Source: an uncultured virus (IMG/VR IMGVR_UViG_3300032296_004100)
Taxonomy: Duplodnaviria; Heunggongvirae; Uroviricota; Caudoviricetes
Length of the DNA stretch: 20,000 nucleotides
IMG/VR virus record: IMGVR_UViG_3300032296_004100
Strand: one strand, 5' to 3'
The notes under the pieces are model-generated. The model saw only the letters and a program-made list of their open reading frames with translations, made no database searches and was not told where the DNA came from. The position numbers and the translations under genes were made by a program. Positions 1 to 9,210 of the stretch are shown piece by piece. The stretch's first letter is position 1, and every line of letters starts with the position of its first letter.

Positions 1-525
1 TAATTCTAAAACTTCTTCAGGGGTTACCTCATCGATGTCAAAACCTGAATCAATCATAATCTTTTGAGCGTCCTCTTCGTTTTTTTCCTCTAACTCCTCG
101 GCTTCGTATCTAAAGTTACTAACATCGATTGTTTCACGATTCAAATTTGCCTCAACAATAAACCAATCAGAGGGTACTTGGGTATCTTCCAAACAAGCCT
201 CGATTGCCAAGTTTTCCAAAGCATCCCTGTGTCTTGATTCAATTTGCATAACTTGGGGTACTTTCTGATACATTTCAGAAATTAACATCCTTCCCAACAT
301 TTGAGAATTAATTGTTTCTCTTCCTGTAACCTCTCGAACTTTGTCCACAACTTGTTTAAATCGGTTTGTAACCAATCTTTGTACATCTTCAGAACCTTTT
401 CCCATTGCAGGATTTTTTGCGTAAGGACTCTCAGGGTCTCGGAGTTTTCTTTCGAGACTTGGGTCCATACGCTCGGGATAATCCCCGTAATCGATTTGTT
501 CTCGAATTTTTCTATTTTTTGCCAT
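1..525 (-). CDS. Hypothetical phage protein, 3'-partial (runs off window edge); not in supplied ORF track
   Basis: ATG at 525 overlaps the end of the upstream ORF. The frame is open for 175 codons to position 1 (MAKNRKIREQIDYGDYPERMDPSLERKL...EVTPEEVLEL). Confidence 0.85.
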   Translation of the reverse strand, partial: MAKNRKIREQIDYGDYPERMDPSLERKLRDPESPYAKNPAMGKGSEDVQRLVTNRFKQVVDKVREVTGRETINSQMLGRMLISEMYQKVPQVMQIESRHRDALENLAIEACLEDTQVPSDWFIVEANLNRETIDVSNFRYEAEELEEKNEEDAQKIMIDSGFDIDEVTPEEVLEL

Positions 526-1381
526 CACGAAGAATACTTTGAATTAGTTGTAATACATCTTTTTTAGCACCTTCCATTTCTTTATTAGAGGCCTTTGGTT
601 TGGGATTTGGTCCTTCGAATGGTTTTTTACCAGGATGTGCAGGACGAATAGAGGGTCTCGTACCAGGTTTGGTAGTTGGTTTAACAGGTGCAGTTTCAGT
701 TTCTGCCTCACCCATAGATTGTAACATCCCTAAATCCCCAATAGGACGACTCATACGAACGCTCTTTCCTCTTTTAGATTTTGGTTTGTAAACCGAGCGA
801 CGAATGACACCTTGTTCGGCAATCATATTCAATATTTCTGTTTTTGTCATTTTTGGTTCTAAATAATTTTCAACCAAAGATACAATTTCTTCTTCAATAA
901 AAAAATCCATCGGAGATTTTCCTTCCTTTAAGCTTTTTTTAACTTGTTTAACACATCTTTCAAACTTGGCGTTTTTCTTAGGACCTAATTGTGCGTGGCA
1001 TATAGCCCAAGGATTGTTTTCATCTTTTTCTTCTTCTGACATATCCTCCTTTTTATCAATCTCAGTATCACCTAAATCACCCATACCATCAGGGGCTTGA
1101 ACTTGGTGTGGTGCTTGAGTGGTGGCACCACCTTGAGCACTACCCATATAGTCCACATCATCTTCAGTCATCTCAGTTTCGATACGAACATTAATACCTC
1201 TTGAAGTTAAATCTTTGAGTTTCTGTGGTTCCGCTTTTTCAGGGGAAATAATAACAGCGCCTTGTTCTAAGATTGCAAGTTTTTCTAAGAGCACATCGAT
1301 TTGAGTTTCATTCAATTTTACAACGGTTGTTGGTGATAATCCCATTTCTACCAATTTAACAATTTTTTCCTTAGTTTTCAT
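512..1381 (-). CDS. Hypothetical acidic/low-complexity phage protein, possibly head-associated
   Basis: Long ORF. Start reassigned to ATG at 1381 (MKTKEK), which overlaps the stop of the upstream gene (ATGAAAACTAA). Contains NPWAIC...KFERCV and a Pro/Lys-rich C-terminus. Confidence 0.8.
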   Translation of the reverse strand: MKTKEKIVKLVEMGLSPTTVVKLNETQIDVLLEKLAILEQGAVIISPEKAEPQKLKDLTSRGINVRIETEMTEDDVDYMGSAQGGATTQAPHQVQAPDGMGDLGDTEIDKKEDMSEEEKDENNPWAICHAQLGPKKNAKFERCVKQVKKSLKEGKSPMDFFIEEEIVSLVENYLEPKMTKTEILNMIAEQGVIRRSVYKPKSKRGKSVRMSRPIGDLGMLQSMGEAETETAPVKPTTKPGTRPSIRPAHPGKKPFEGPNPKPKASNKEMEGAKKDVLQLIQSILRDGKK

Positions 1382-1766
1382 ATACAACTTTTTTTTCGAA
1401 CTCAAGAATTAGGTCTTTTTCGTAAAGTTTATTTTTTACCGATTCTTCTTCTTCACCAAATTTAAACACCAATCGATTGTTTTCATCGTACTCTTCAATT
1501 TCCCAACCTAAAGCAATAACACCGTCCATGGCATCGGACATATTGAAATAATCTGAGTTTTGAACAAGTTCCAATTTGACATCTGAGTTTCTAAGGACTC
1601 CGACTTTATTGATATGTTCTAATTTAGGTGGTGTGGGATATCCACCCGAAGGTGACGACTCCCATGAATCACCCCACACATCTAAGTTTTCAGAAAATAT
1701 AAATTCGTAGAGATTGTTTCCCTTATAATCAGGACCTAGTCCATTGATATAAGTTAGATATCTCAT
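1371..1766 (-). CDS. Hypothetical phage protein
   Basis: 131-aa ORF with an ATGA overlap with the upstream gene; operon-like packing. Confidence 0.8.
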   Translation of the reverse strand: MRYLTYINGLGPDYKGNNLYEFIFSENLDVWGDSWESSPSGGYPTPPKLEHINKVGVLRNSDVKLELVQNSDYFNMSDAMDGVIALGWEIEEYDENNRLVFKFGEEEESVKNKLYEKDLILEFEKKVVYEN

Positions 1767-2929
1767 AAAACTATTCCTTCGACAGAGATTTTAATTTGTT
1801 TATTTTTATTTTCAAATACCAAATTCTTTTTATTTGTTCTACCAACAAATTCAAAATTTGAGTTTTCTTCTAAAAACTTCTTACTTGCCAACTCTTGTTC
1901 GATGGTCTCTGATAAAGTTTCAATTTTTGAAATAAACGAATTAACTTTTTTCTTGTTTTCACTTTTTCTTTCCTCAAACAACTTTTTTGAAAGTTCTACT
2001 TCTGAATCCGTGACCTCAAAATACTTACTAAGGACTTTGTCGATATTGCTTTCCCTAACCGAGTTGTAGTCATAGTCTTCAGAACCCATACCTTCCATAG
2101 GTTCTTCCATAGAAACTTCATCCTCAAAATCTAAATCCATTTCAGTTTCTCCACCCATATCTGAATCCATTTCAACATCAGCTTCCACATCTTCAAACTT
2201 AGACATAATGTCCTCCATGTCCTCAGGGTCTAATTTAGTCAAATCAAGAGCTGAAAGAACCATGTTAATAACATATTTAATATCCTCAGAGGACATTCCT
2301 TCTTGGTCTTCGAGGGCTCTCATTTTTTGGGTCAATTTACCAGTAAGTTTTTGAATTACTTTAAAAGAAACTCTTTCTTCCATATCTTCACCACCTGTCA
2401 TAGGTTCTTCAGCGGGAACATCCAAATCAAGTTCTGTGTCCATACCTAAATCGAGTTCATCGTCACCACCCATGTCGTCCATAGGTAGTTCAGGCGCCGG
2501 AAGTGCCATTGGTTCTGCGGGAACCGCAGGTGTAACAACTTCAGGTGTTGGTGGGGTTGGTGTTTTTAAAACAAATTTCTTTTGTTCACCAAACAATTTA
2601 ACTTCTTCGTTTTGACCGTTAAGCTCATTGTTTTCTTTAATTATTAAATTTAACTTTCTAAGAGCTTGTGAGTATGAGGAGTGATACTTTCTATTTTTCA
2701 TTGGTTCCATGTAATCTAAAGTGGATTCGTTAATCCCCTTTTTAATAATGTAACCTTGTTTCTCTTTTACAATGTGGTAATCCATTCCATCAGGTAAATT
2801 AATGGAATATTCTGTTGCACCTTCTTTAATGCCTGTTGATGACGTACGGTAGGTGGCAATCTCCATAATTCTTTTTAATTTATCGGCTCCTTCGAGTTTT
2901 TCGCTACCGATTGCTTTTAATTTTGCCAT
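1763..2929 (-). CDS. Hypothetical acidic phage protein (scaffold/internal-protein-like composition)
   Basis: 388-aa ORF with D/E/M/P-rich disordered segments. Function is inferred from composition only. Confidence 0.8.
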   Translation of the reverse strand: MAKLKAIGSEKLEGADKLKRIMEIATYRTSSTGIKEGATEYSINLPDGMDYHIVKEKQGYIIKKGINESTLDYMEPMKNRKYHSSYSQALRKLNLIIKENNELNGQNEEVKLFGEQKKFVLKTPTPPTPEVVTPAVPAEPMALPAPELPMDDMGGDDELDLGMDTELDLDVPAEEPMTGGEDMEERVSFKVIQKLTGKLTQKMRALEDQEGMSSEDIKYVINMVLSALDLTKLDPEDMEDIMSKFEDVEADVEMDSDMGGETEMDLDFEDEVSMEEPMEGMGSEDYDYNSVRESNIDKVLSKYFEVTDSEVELSKKLFEERKSENKKKVNSFISKIETLSETIEQELASKKFLEENSNFEFVGRTNKKNLVFENKNKQIKISVEGIVL

Positions 2930-2948
2930 GGTTTTTTTTTATTAATTT

Positions 2949-3830
2949 TTAGTTGTTAAGGCCGTGCATACCCCCTAGTTGTACCGCACTCAAATCGATT
3001 ACAGTCCCTTGTTTTTCTCCATCGGGACCCACAGGGACCCAATCAGATGGATGTGGGTATGAGGCAATGTATGGTGAATCATCTCCACAAGTTACACAAG
3101 CCTCGGCTTCATACTGAACATTCACATCAAATACTCCAAAAGGTGTTGATGAGGGTGTGGGGGTTGGAGTTTTTGTTACCGTTTGAGTTGGTGTTGCGGT
3201 GTTTGTTGTTGTAACAGTTGGGGTGGGTGTGCTTGTTGTTGTTGCTGTTTGAGTTGGAGTATTACTAGCCGTATTTGTGGGAGTTTGTGTTTGAGTATTA
3301 GTTGGTGTTACGGTAGGGGATGGTGTATTAGTTGGTGTTGACGTATTTGTTGCGGTAATACTTGGTGTTGGTGTGTTTGTTGCGGTAATACTTGGTGTTG
3401 GTGTGTTTGTTGCGGTATTAGTTGGTGTTTGTGTCTGAGTTTGGGTTGTAGTGTTTGTAGGCGTTTGTGTTTGTGTTGGGGTTTGGGTTTGTGTAATTGT
3501 TGGTGTTGGTGTTGGAGTTGCAGTATTTGTTGGGGTTTGAGTTTGGGTTGCCGTGTTTGTTGGTGTTTGTGTGGGTGTTGAGGTTGGGGATTCGGTAGGA
3601 GTTGGTGTTAAATCTGCCTGACACTCAACACAGGATTGCCATGGGCCATTGAAAACAGTTACAATTTGTGCAAGTGGAGTTTCATCAAAAGTAGTAAGGG
3701 TCCAACAACCAATGTTTGTTGCCCCTGCTAATAATTCATAAATTCTACCCGAAACAATTGTAGCTTCAGTAGCTAAATATCTGAAGGGTTCCCCCGTACA
3801 AGAAATTCCAATAAAATAATTCAATGCCAT
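2949..3830 (-). CDS. Pro/Thr-repeat protein, likely virion surface/fibre or decoration protein
   Basis: 293 aa with a long central TPT/TQT/TNT stalk between small Cys-containing N- and C-terminal domains. TATTTATA motif upstream. Confidence 0.8.
   Translation of the reverse strand: MALNYFIGISCTGEPFRYLATEATIVSGRIYELLAGATNIGCWTLTTFDETPLAQIVTVFNGPWQSCVECQADLTPTPTESPTSTPTQTPTNTATQTQTPTNTATPTPTPTITQTQTPTQTQTPTNTTTQTQTQTPTNTATNTPTPSITATNTPTPSITATNTSTPTNTPSPTVTPTNTQTQTPTNTASNTPTQTATTTSTPTPTVTTTNTATPTQTVTKTPTPTPSSTPFGVFDVNVQYEAEACVTCGDDSPYIASYPHPSDWVPVGPDGEKQGTVIDLSAVQLGGMHGLNN
3346..3417. repeat. 30-bp tandem repeat (~2.4 copies) within the PT-repeat coding region (~3150-3610)
   Basis: TTTGTTGCGGTAATACTTGGTGTTGGTGTG at 3346-3375 and 3376-3405, partial copy to 3417. 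Encodes TPTPSITATN units. Confidence 0.9.
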
Positions 3831-3894
3831 GGACTTTTTTCTATAAATATTGTCAGTTAATAATAACTTTAATAAATAAATATCTAAAATGGTA

Positions 3895-4647
3895 TTAATC
3901 TACCAATTTTACCTCAACTGATAATTCTTTGTCTGTTTGACGACTAACAGTATTATAGAGTTTCTCCAACAATCCTGACCTACGAAGGTACTTAAACACC
4001 AAATTTTCATAGGAATATTCCCCCTCTTTTTCGAGTCCCGACTTACGATAATCTTTTAATTTTTTTTTCAGTTTCTCAACTTTCTCTTCGTTGGCTTTGA
4101 GACCTTCTTTTTTGATGTTGGTAATAAGATTCTCTATTTTGTCTTTCCAACCATCGATTTTGGTGGTTAGAACACCTCTTTCGAGTTGTGGTTTTTCTTT
4201 CGAGGGTTTAGAAATCCACTCATCATTTAACACCGAATATACTCCCGAGGCAAAATGCATCTCCTCAGAATCTTGTGGGTATAGTTCAACTTCGTAACCA
4301 AAAATTTTAATATCGTGTTTGTCGTTAAATATCTGTTTTTTAAGACCAAATAAATCTCTGTAAAGTTGAGATTGTTTTCCGAATTGTTTGTAATCGATAA
4401 TAAGATGTAGGTCAAAGTCTGAATATTCTGACCAGTTGTAGTTTGATAAACTACCTGTTAGGACCACATCTTCGACTTCCAAGTCATCTATTAATGTATC
4501 GCCAAATGCTTCGGCAATTTTCATAAGAGCGTCTCTTACTTTTGGTTTAATCACCGCTTCTGAGGCATCGTCATTGTTTTCCCATACCTTTGGGTTAAGG
4601 GTGTCTCTAACAGAGAAGCTCTGAAGTATGGTTGATAGTTGGGCCAT
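3895..4647 (-). CDS. DNA polymerase beta-superfamily nucleotidyltransferase
   Basis: LTGSLSNYNWSEYSDFDLH matches the hG[GS]...DxD signature. A later acidic residue (EVELY) is a candidate third carboxylate. Confidence 0.8.
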   Translation of the reverse strand: MAQLSTILQSFSVRDTLNPKVWENNDDASEAVIKPKVRDALMKIAEAFGDTLIDDLEVEDVVLTGSLSNYNWSEYSDFDLHLIIDYKQFGKQSQLYRDLFGLKKQIFNDKHDIKIFGYEVELYPQDSEEMHFASGVYSVLNDEWISKPSKEKPQLERGVLTTKIDGWKDKIENLITNIKKEGLKANEEKVEKLKKKLKDYRKSGLEKEGEYSYENLVFKYLRRSGLLEKLYNTVSRQTDKELSVEVKLVD

Positions 4648-4667
4648 CTGAGATAAATACCTCCTTA

Positions 4668-4910
4668 TTAGAGTTTGGTGTATTTAAATTTTTTGGCAAT
4701 ATCACTTGAGAAGTATTTCCCTTGAGATTCTGCCATTCTAAACTTTGTGTAGGTTTGATGTGGAACTTCATTATATTGGTATTTTGTTCCGTTTTTAAAT
4801 TCTACGACCATTTCTTTTGACTCGGTATCATAGACGCTTTTAATGATTGTTGTTGAATCAATCTCATTGATGATTTTTGTTCCGTCTATAGTTTCTTTTT
4901 TTACTCCCAT
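4668..4910 (-). CDS. KTSC domain protein
   Basis: 80 aa with STII..vYD....M.VEFKNG..YQY..VP...Y..F..AESQGKYF, the KTSC pattern. Confidence 0.88.
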   Translation of the reverse strand: MGVKKETIDGTKIINEIDSTTIIKSVYDTESKEMVVEFKNGTKYQYNEVPHQTYTKFRMAESQGKYFSSDIAKKFKYTKL

Positions 4911-4964
4911 TGTAAAGATGTTTTTATAAGTTAATTTACTAGTGTATCGTTAATTGATAAATAC

Positions 4965-4992
4965 AAAAAACCCCCAACTTACGCTGAGGGTC
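4965..4992 (-). terminator. Intrinsic terminator downstream of the UVR-domain gene
   Basis: Minus strand reads CCCTCAGC-GTAA-GTTGGGGG followed by TTTTTT. Confidence 0.7.
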
Positions 4993-5012
4993 AAAAACAG
5001 GGTCTTTGATTA

Positions 5013-5438
5013 TTAGGAAAGTTTCTTTATTTCATCTCTAAGTTCAATTGCCTTTTCATAGTCTTGTTGGTCAACTGCTTTTGTTAGTTGTAAGTTAAGG
5101 TCTTCAAGTTTAACTTTATTGTCTTCCAAGTTTTTAATCTTGTCACGAAGCTCCACCGCTTTTTCAAACTCTTGAAGGTTCACCGCATTTTGGAGTTCTT
5201 TTCTAAGACGCTCCAAGGTATTTTGTTCTGCGGGTTGTGGAGTGTTCCCGTAGGTTGACCTAAAAATCGTGGTGAATTGAATCATACCATCTTCAGAGGT
5301 AAAGGTTTCTTTTGACCAATCACCATTCTCATCCTTACCATTCTCTTTTTGTGTTTTACCTTTAAAGATAAATGGGTCTTGGTTTAACAGTGAGTTAAAA
5401 AGGTTGTCAAATTCATTAAATAATTTTCTTCTAAACAT
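5013..5438 (-). CDS. Tandem UVR (UvrB/UvrC) coiled-coil protein, putative ClpC partner
   Basis: Two UVR motifs: LQNAVNLQEFEKAVELRDKIKNL and LTKAVDQQDYEKAIELRDEIKKL. Divergent from clpC. Lacks the CxxC motifs of McsA. Confidence 0.8.
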   Translation of the reverse strand: MFRRKLFNEFDNLFNSLLNQDPFIFKGKTQKENGKDENGDWSKETFTSEDGMIQFTTIFRSTYGNTPQPAEQNTLERLRKELQNAVNLQEFEKAVELRDKIKNLEDNKVKLEDLNLQLTKAVDQQDYEKAIELRDEIKKLS

Positions 5439-5504
5439 TTTTTGTATTTTTTAATTTTTTTATTTGACCCTAATAAGTCAATCCCCGTACCAAATCAAAA
5501 TAAC

Positions 5505-5579
5505 TGACAAAATGTCTGAATTAGTTTTATTTAGAAATATTTTTATGACATCTTGTCAATTACTAACAAAATTCTGACA
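5505..5579. promoter_or_regulatory. Repeated TGACA-N3-TGTCA operator-like palindromes between the divergent UVR gene and clpC
   Basis: TGACAaaaTGTCT (5505-5517), TGACAtctTGTCA (5546-5558, perfect) and a half-site TGACA (5575-5579). Confidence 0.55.
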
Positions 5580-5636
5580 GGGGTTTGGAATTGTCCTTTT
5601 TTTGATTAACCTTTGTACAAATCAATTCTATAAATT

Positions 5637-7637
5637 ATGAACGACACATTAGGCGACGACGATAAGACACTCTCAAGGAAGAAACCTACCTCCGAATCGG
5701 GTACTCCCGTATTGGATAACTTTTCTCGTGACTTGAACAAATTGGCAGAACAAGGAAAACTTGACCCAGTGATAGGTCGGGAGAAAGAGATTATTCGCAT
5801 TGCTCAAATCCTTTCCCGTAGAAAGAAGAACAACCCTATTATCTTGGGGGAGCCAGGCTCAGGTAAAACCGCTTTGATTGAGGGATTGGCGTCTCTTATT
5901 ATAAATGGAGAATGTCCCAAAAATCTTCTTGACAAGCGTATTGTCAATTTAGACCTCACCGCTGTGGTGGCAGGGACAAAGTATCGTGGTCAGTTCGAGG
6001 AGCGACTAAAGGTTATCCTTGAGGAACTCTCCAACAATCCCAACATCATTGTCTTTATCGATGAGATACACACATTGATTGGTTCAGGTAACTCAACAGG
6101 TAGTTTAGACGGTTCAAACATCTTTAAACCCGCACTTGCTCGTGGAGAAATTCAATGTATCGGTGCCACTACCTTGGATGAGTATCGTAAGTCGTTTGAA
6201 AAAGACGGGGCTTTGGAGCGTAGATTCCAAAAGGTAATTGTAGACCCCTCATCAGTTGAGGAGACCATCCAAATTCTCACTCACATTAAAGACCGATACG
6301 AATCGTTCCACAAAGTGGCATACTCTCAAGAAGTAATCGAACTTTGCGTGAAGCTCGCAGACCGATATATCACCGACCGTGAGTTCCCCGACAAAGCCTT
6401 TGACATTTTGGATGAAGTTGGTGCTCGTAGTCAAACCGAGCAAAAGATTCCTGAAGTAATTGAAGAACTAAAACTCAAGGCTTCGGAAATCAAACAACAA
6501 AAGATGGATGTTGTAAAGAAACAGAACTACGAAGAAGCGGCAGCACTAAGGGACAAGGAGCGTAAAATCCTTGCCAAACTCGAAGAGGAAAAGCGGAAAT
6601 ACGCGGAAGAATCCTCAACAACTCGTATTCCTATCTCCGTGGAACAAGTCTACGATGTTGTTTCCAATATGACCAAAATTCCTGTGAGTAAAATGTCAGT
6701 TGACGATATTAACGCTCTTATTAATATGGACAAAACCCTTATGGAAAAGGTAATTGGTCAAGACGATGCGGTGTCTAAGATTGTCAAATCAATCCGTCGT
6801 AACCGAATCGGAATCAAAGACCCTAACCGTCCTATTGGTTCATTTATCTTCTTAGGTTCAACAGGTGTGGGTAAGACCCACTTGGCAAAACAGATTGCTA
6901 AGGAGATGTTCGGGTCAGAGGATGCGTTGATTCGAGTCGACATGAGTGAATATCAAGAGAAGCACACACTGTCTCGTTTAGTGGGAGCACCCCCAGGATA
7001 TGTCGGTTACGAAGAAGGTGGACAGCTCACCGAACAGGTGAAAAACAAACCATATGCGGTTATCCTATTCGATGAGGTTGAGAAAGCCCACAAGGACATT
7101 TTCTCCATTCTCCTTCAAATTCTTGACGATGGTCACGCAACCGATTCACTCGGTCGCAAAATCAACTTCAAGAACACCCTTATCATCATGACCACCAACC
7201 TCGGAGTCAAGAAACTTCAAGACTTTGGAGCTGGTATCGGGTTCTCCTCTAACAAGTACTCAAACGAGGAGGCTAAAAAACAAATCTTGATGAAGGAAAT
7301 GAAGAACTTCTTTTCCCCCGAGTTCCTAAACCGTATCGATGACACCATTGTGTTCCAAACACTCACAAAGGAGAACATCGAGAAGATTGTAGGACTAGAA
7401 CTTAGTAAACTCTCCAAGCGACTAGGTCACATGAAGTACAAAGTGGTGATGGACCCCACCCTCACAGAGTACATTGCAAAAGTCGGTTTCGATGATGAAT
7501 ACGGAGCTCGTCCAGTAAAACGAGCCATCCAAGACAAAATCGAAGATTACCTATCGGAACTTATCTTAATAGGTAAACTTAAAGAAAACCGAAAATACAC
7601 CTTAAAGGTGGTAAATGAAGAGGTGAAAATCTCTTAA
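5637..7637 (+). CDS. clpC: ClpC-type AAA+ unfoldase lacking the N-terminal Clp_N domain
   Basis: Two AAA modules (GEPGSGKT / VFIDEIH; GSTGVGKT / LFDEVEKAH), pore loops GTKYRGQFEE and GYVG, a UVR-type middle domain (QNYEEAAALRDKE) and a ClpP-docking IGF loop (GAGIGFS). Only ~20 aa precede the first AAA domain. Confidence 0.93.
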   Translation: MNDTLGDDDKTLSRKKPTSESGTPVLDNFSRDLNKLAEQGKLDPVIGREKEIIRIAQILSRRKKNNPIILGEPGSGKTALIEGLASLIINGECPKNLLDKRIVNLDLTAVVAGTKYRGQFEERLKVILEELSNNPNIIVFIDEIHTLIGSGNSTGSLDGSNIFKPALARGEIQCIGATTLDEYRKSFEKDGALERRFQKVIVDPSSVEETIQILTHIKDRYESFHKVAYSQEVIELCVKLADRYITDREFPDKAFDILDEVGARSQTEQKIPEVIEELKLKASEIKQQKMDVVKKQNYEEAAALRDKERKILAKLEEEKRKYAEESSTTRIPISVEQVYDVVSNMTKIPVSKMSVDDINALINMDKTLMEKVIGQDDAVSKIVKSIRRNRIGIKDPNRPIGSFIFLGSTGVGKTHLAKQIAKEMFGSEDALIRVDMSEYQEKHTLSRLVGAPPGYVGYEEGGQLTEQVKNKPYAVILFDEVEKAHKDIFSILLQILDDGHATDSLGRKINFKNTLIIMTTNLGVKKLQDFGAGIGFSSNKYSNEEAKKQILMKEMKNFFSPEFLNRIDDTIVFQTLTKENIEKIVGLELSKLSKRLGHMKYKVVMDPTLTEYIAKVGFDDEYGARPVKRAIQDKIEDYLSELILIGKLKENRKYTLKVVNEEVKIS

Positions 7638-7644
7638 CATAGAA

Positions 7645-7669
7645 GGGGGGACGAAAGTCCCCCTTTTTT
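7645..7669 (+). terminator. Intrinsic terminator after clpC
   Basis: GGGGGAC-GAAA-GTCCCCC followed by a T-run. Confidence 0.85.
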
Positions 7670-7696
7670 ATTTATACAGAATTGTATTTATAACAT

Positions 7697-8386
7697 ATGA
7701 GGGACATTATAATCAAGATATTAAAAGAAGAAGTTAGTAAAGGTAAGGTTACTTGTGACAATTGTGGTTGGTCTTGGAAACTATCCGAGGGGGGTCATGA
7801 CCCATATATTTGTCATCAGTGTAACCACAACAACGAACCCAAAAATTTAAAAGAATCTTACAAACACCCCAATCAAGAAAGTTTCGACAAATACTTTCTT
7901 TTAGTAAAAAAATATTGGGATAAAGTTGGTCTCTCTCGGAAATCGGAAAAAATGGCTGGTAAATATATTTTAGATTCTTCACTAACATTTCCTTTTGCCA
8001 TAAAGTATCTTGGTGGTACCAAAAAATTTATAAAAGAAATATCAGATAAAATTCAAAATCAAGTTTTTGATTGTAAAGAATGTGGGGGATATAATTTCAA
8101 GTATTATGTTGATGAGTTTGATGTGGAAAGAAACTATAATTTTCACGAAATTAATGTTTCGGTAGTTGTTGATACCTCAATATCAGGTAGAACTTACAGC
8201 TCCGAAGATTTCAGTTTTACAAATGTAGATTACCAATTATTGTCAAACTTAGAAGGTTCTGAATTTTATGATGAGGTAATCCAAGAACTCAAGGCAATAA
8301 TTAGTGAAGAATTAGAAAAAAAGATAGATGCACCGTTTGAACTTTGGGCTGACATTGTACAATTAGATTTTAAAACTTTTAATTAG
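7697..8386 (+). CDS. Hypothetical protein with Zn-ribbon motifs
   Basis: CDNCGWSW...YICHQC and CKECGGY. N-terminus MRDIIIKILKEE. TATTTATA at 7685-7692. Confidence 0.75.
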   Translation: MRDIIIKILKEEVSKGKVTCDNCGWSWKLSEGGHDPYICHQCNHNNEPKNLKESYKHPNQESFDKYFLLVKKYWDKVGLSRKSEKMAGKYILDSSLTFPFAIKYLGGTKKFIKEISDKIQNQVFDCKECGGYNFKYYVDEFDVERNYNFHEINVSVVVDTSISGRTYSSEDFSFTNVDYQLLSNLEGSEFYDEVIQELKAIISEELEKKIDAPFELWADIVQLDFKTFN

Positions 8387-9210
8387 AACACCCAAGAATT
8401 GGTTTGAGGTTTCAAATCTTTTTGATGTTTACGATATCCCAATTTTTCAATCATTTTTTTACCCATCTCAATTCCATTGAAAACATCTTCGATTACAACA
8501 TATTCGTAGGGGGTGTGGTAGTCGTAGTACCCAATAGAGAAATTAATACAGGAGATGTCAAATTTACCCCGTAAAGCCCATACATCTGTATAGGGGTGAA
8601 CCATATACTCTAAGTCTTCACCAATACCTTCAGTCAAGATGGTATTACAAACATCAAAGAATTCAGAATCACGGTTGAACAATTGCTGACCCCAACAGTA
8701 TTCAGTCACCATCCAATTTTCGGGAGCATCGAACTGAATACCATATCCAACATTTTCAAAGAACTCGGGACTAGCTTTTTTTGAACCATGACAACCGGTT
8801 TCTTCAGAAACAAAAAATGCCGCTTTCAGATTCGGTAGTTCCTCCAATAATTCCAAACAAGCAAAAACACCAGCTTTGTCATCACCCCCAATTCCTGTGG
8901 GCTGGTCATGGTCGTTGTAAGCTTTAAGAGAAGGGCGTTGCTCTCCTTGAGCATTTACCAAAAATTCCTCACGGATATTAATTGGTCCCAACCCATGTAC
9001 GGTGTCGGTATGAGAAATCACACAAGGGAAATATTCAATATTCTCATCAGTTTGTTTAGTTGCATAAACATTTAGATGTTCATCAACAAAATATGGGATT
9101 TGTTTTTCCTTTAGCCACTCACAAATAAACTCTACCATCATACCTTCTCGGTGTGTTGCGGTTGGAACGGATAAGACTTTCTTTAAGAATTCAATTTTAC
9201 TGTGAGTCAT
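8383..9210 (-). CDS. M20/M28-family zinc metallopeptidase
   Basis: SHTDTV, GGDDKAG, SEETG, FDAP and YHTPYE metal-ligand/catalytic motifs. Start reassigned to ATG at 9210 (MTHSK), with a TAnnTTTG motif at 9227-9234. Confidence 0.85.
   Translation of the reverse strand: MTHSKIEFLKKVLSVPTATHREGMMVEFICEWLKEKQIPYFVDEHLNVYATKQTDENIEYFPCVISHTDTVHGLGPINIREEFLVNAQGEQRPSLKAYNDHDQPTGIGGDDKAGVFACLELLEELPNLKAAFFVSEETGCHGSKKASPEFFENVGYGIQFDAPENWMVTEYCWGQQLFNRDSEFFDVCNTILTEGIGEDLEYMVHPYTDVWALRGKFDISCINFSIGYYDYHTPYEYVVIEDVFNGIEMGKKMIEKLGYRKHQKDLKPQTNSWVF

Noticed and set aside
301..791. Plus-strand ORFs 301-567 and 600-791
   Set aside because: They are antisense shadows of longer minus-strand genes in a tightly coupled operon.
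3150..3610. Possible CRISPR array
   Set aside because: The repeats are in-frame coding tandem repeats without unique spacers, and no cas genes are present.
3418..3624. 68-aa Asn/Thr-rich ORF
   Set aside because: It is an alternative frame of the PT-repeat region, open only because of low complexity.
5013..5438. Annotation as McsA or UvrB
   Set aside because: It has no CxxC zinc motifs, no mcsB/ctsR nearby and no helicase domain.
5637..7637. Annotation as ClpB or ClpA
   Set aside because: It has a short UVR-type M-domain and an IGF loop. ClpB has a long M-domain and no IGF; ClpA has no M-domain.
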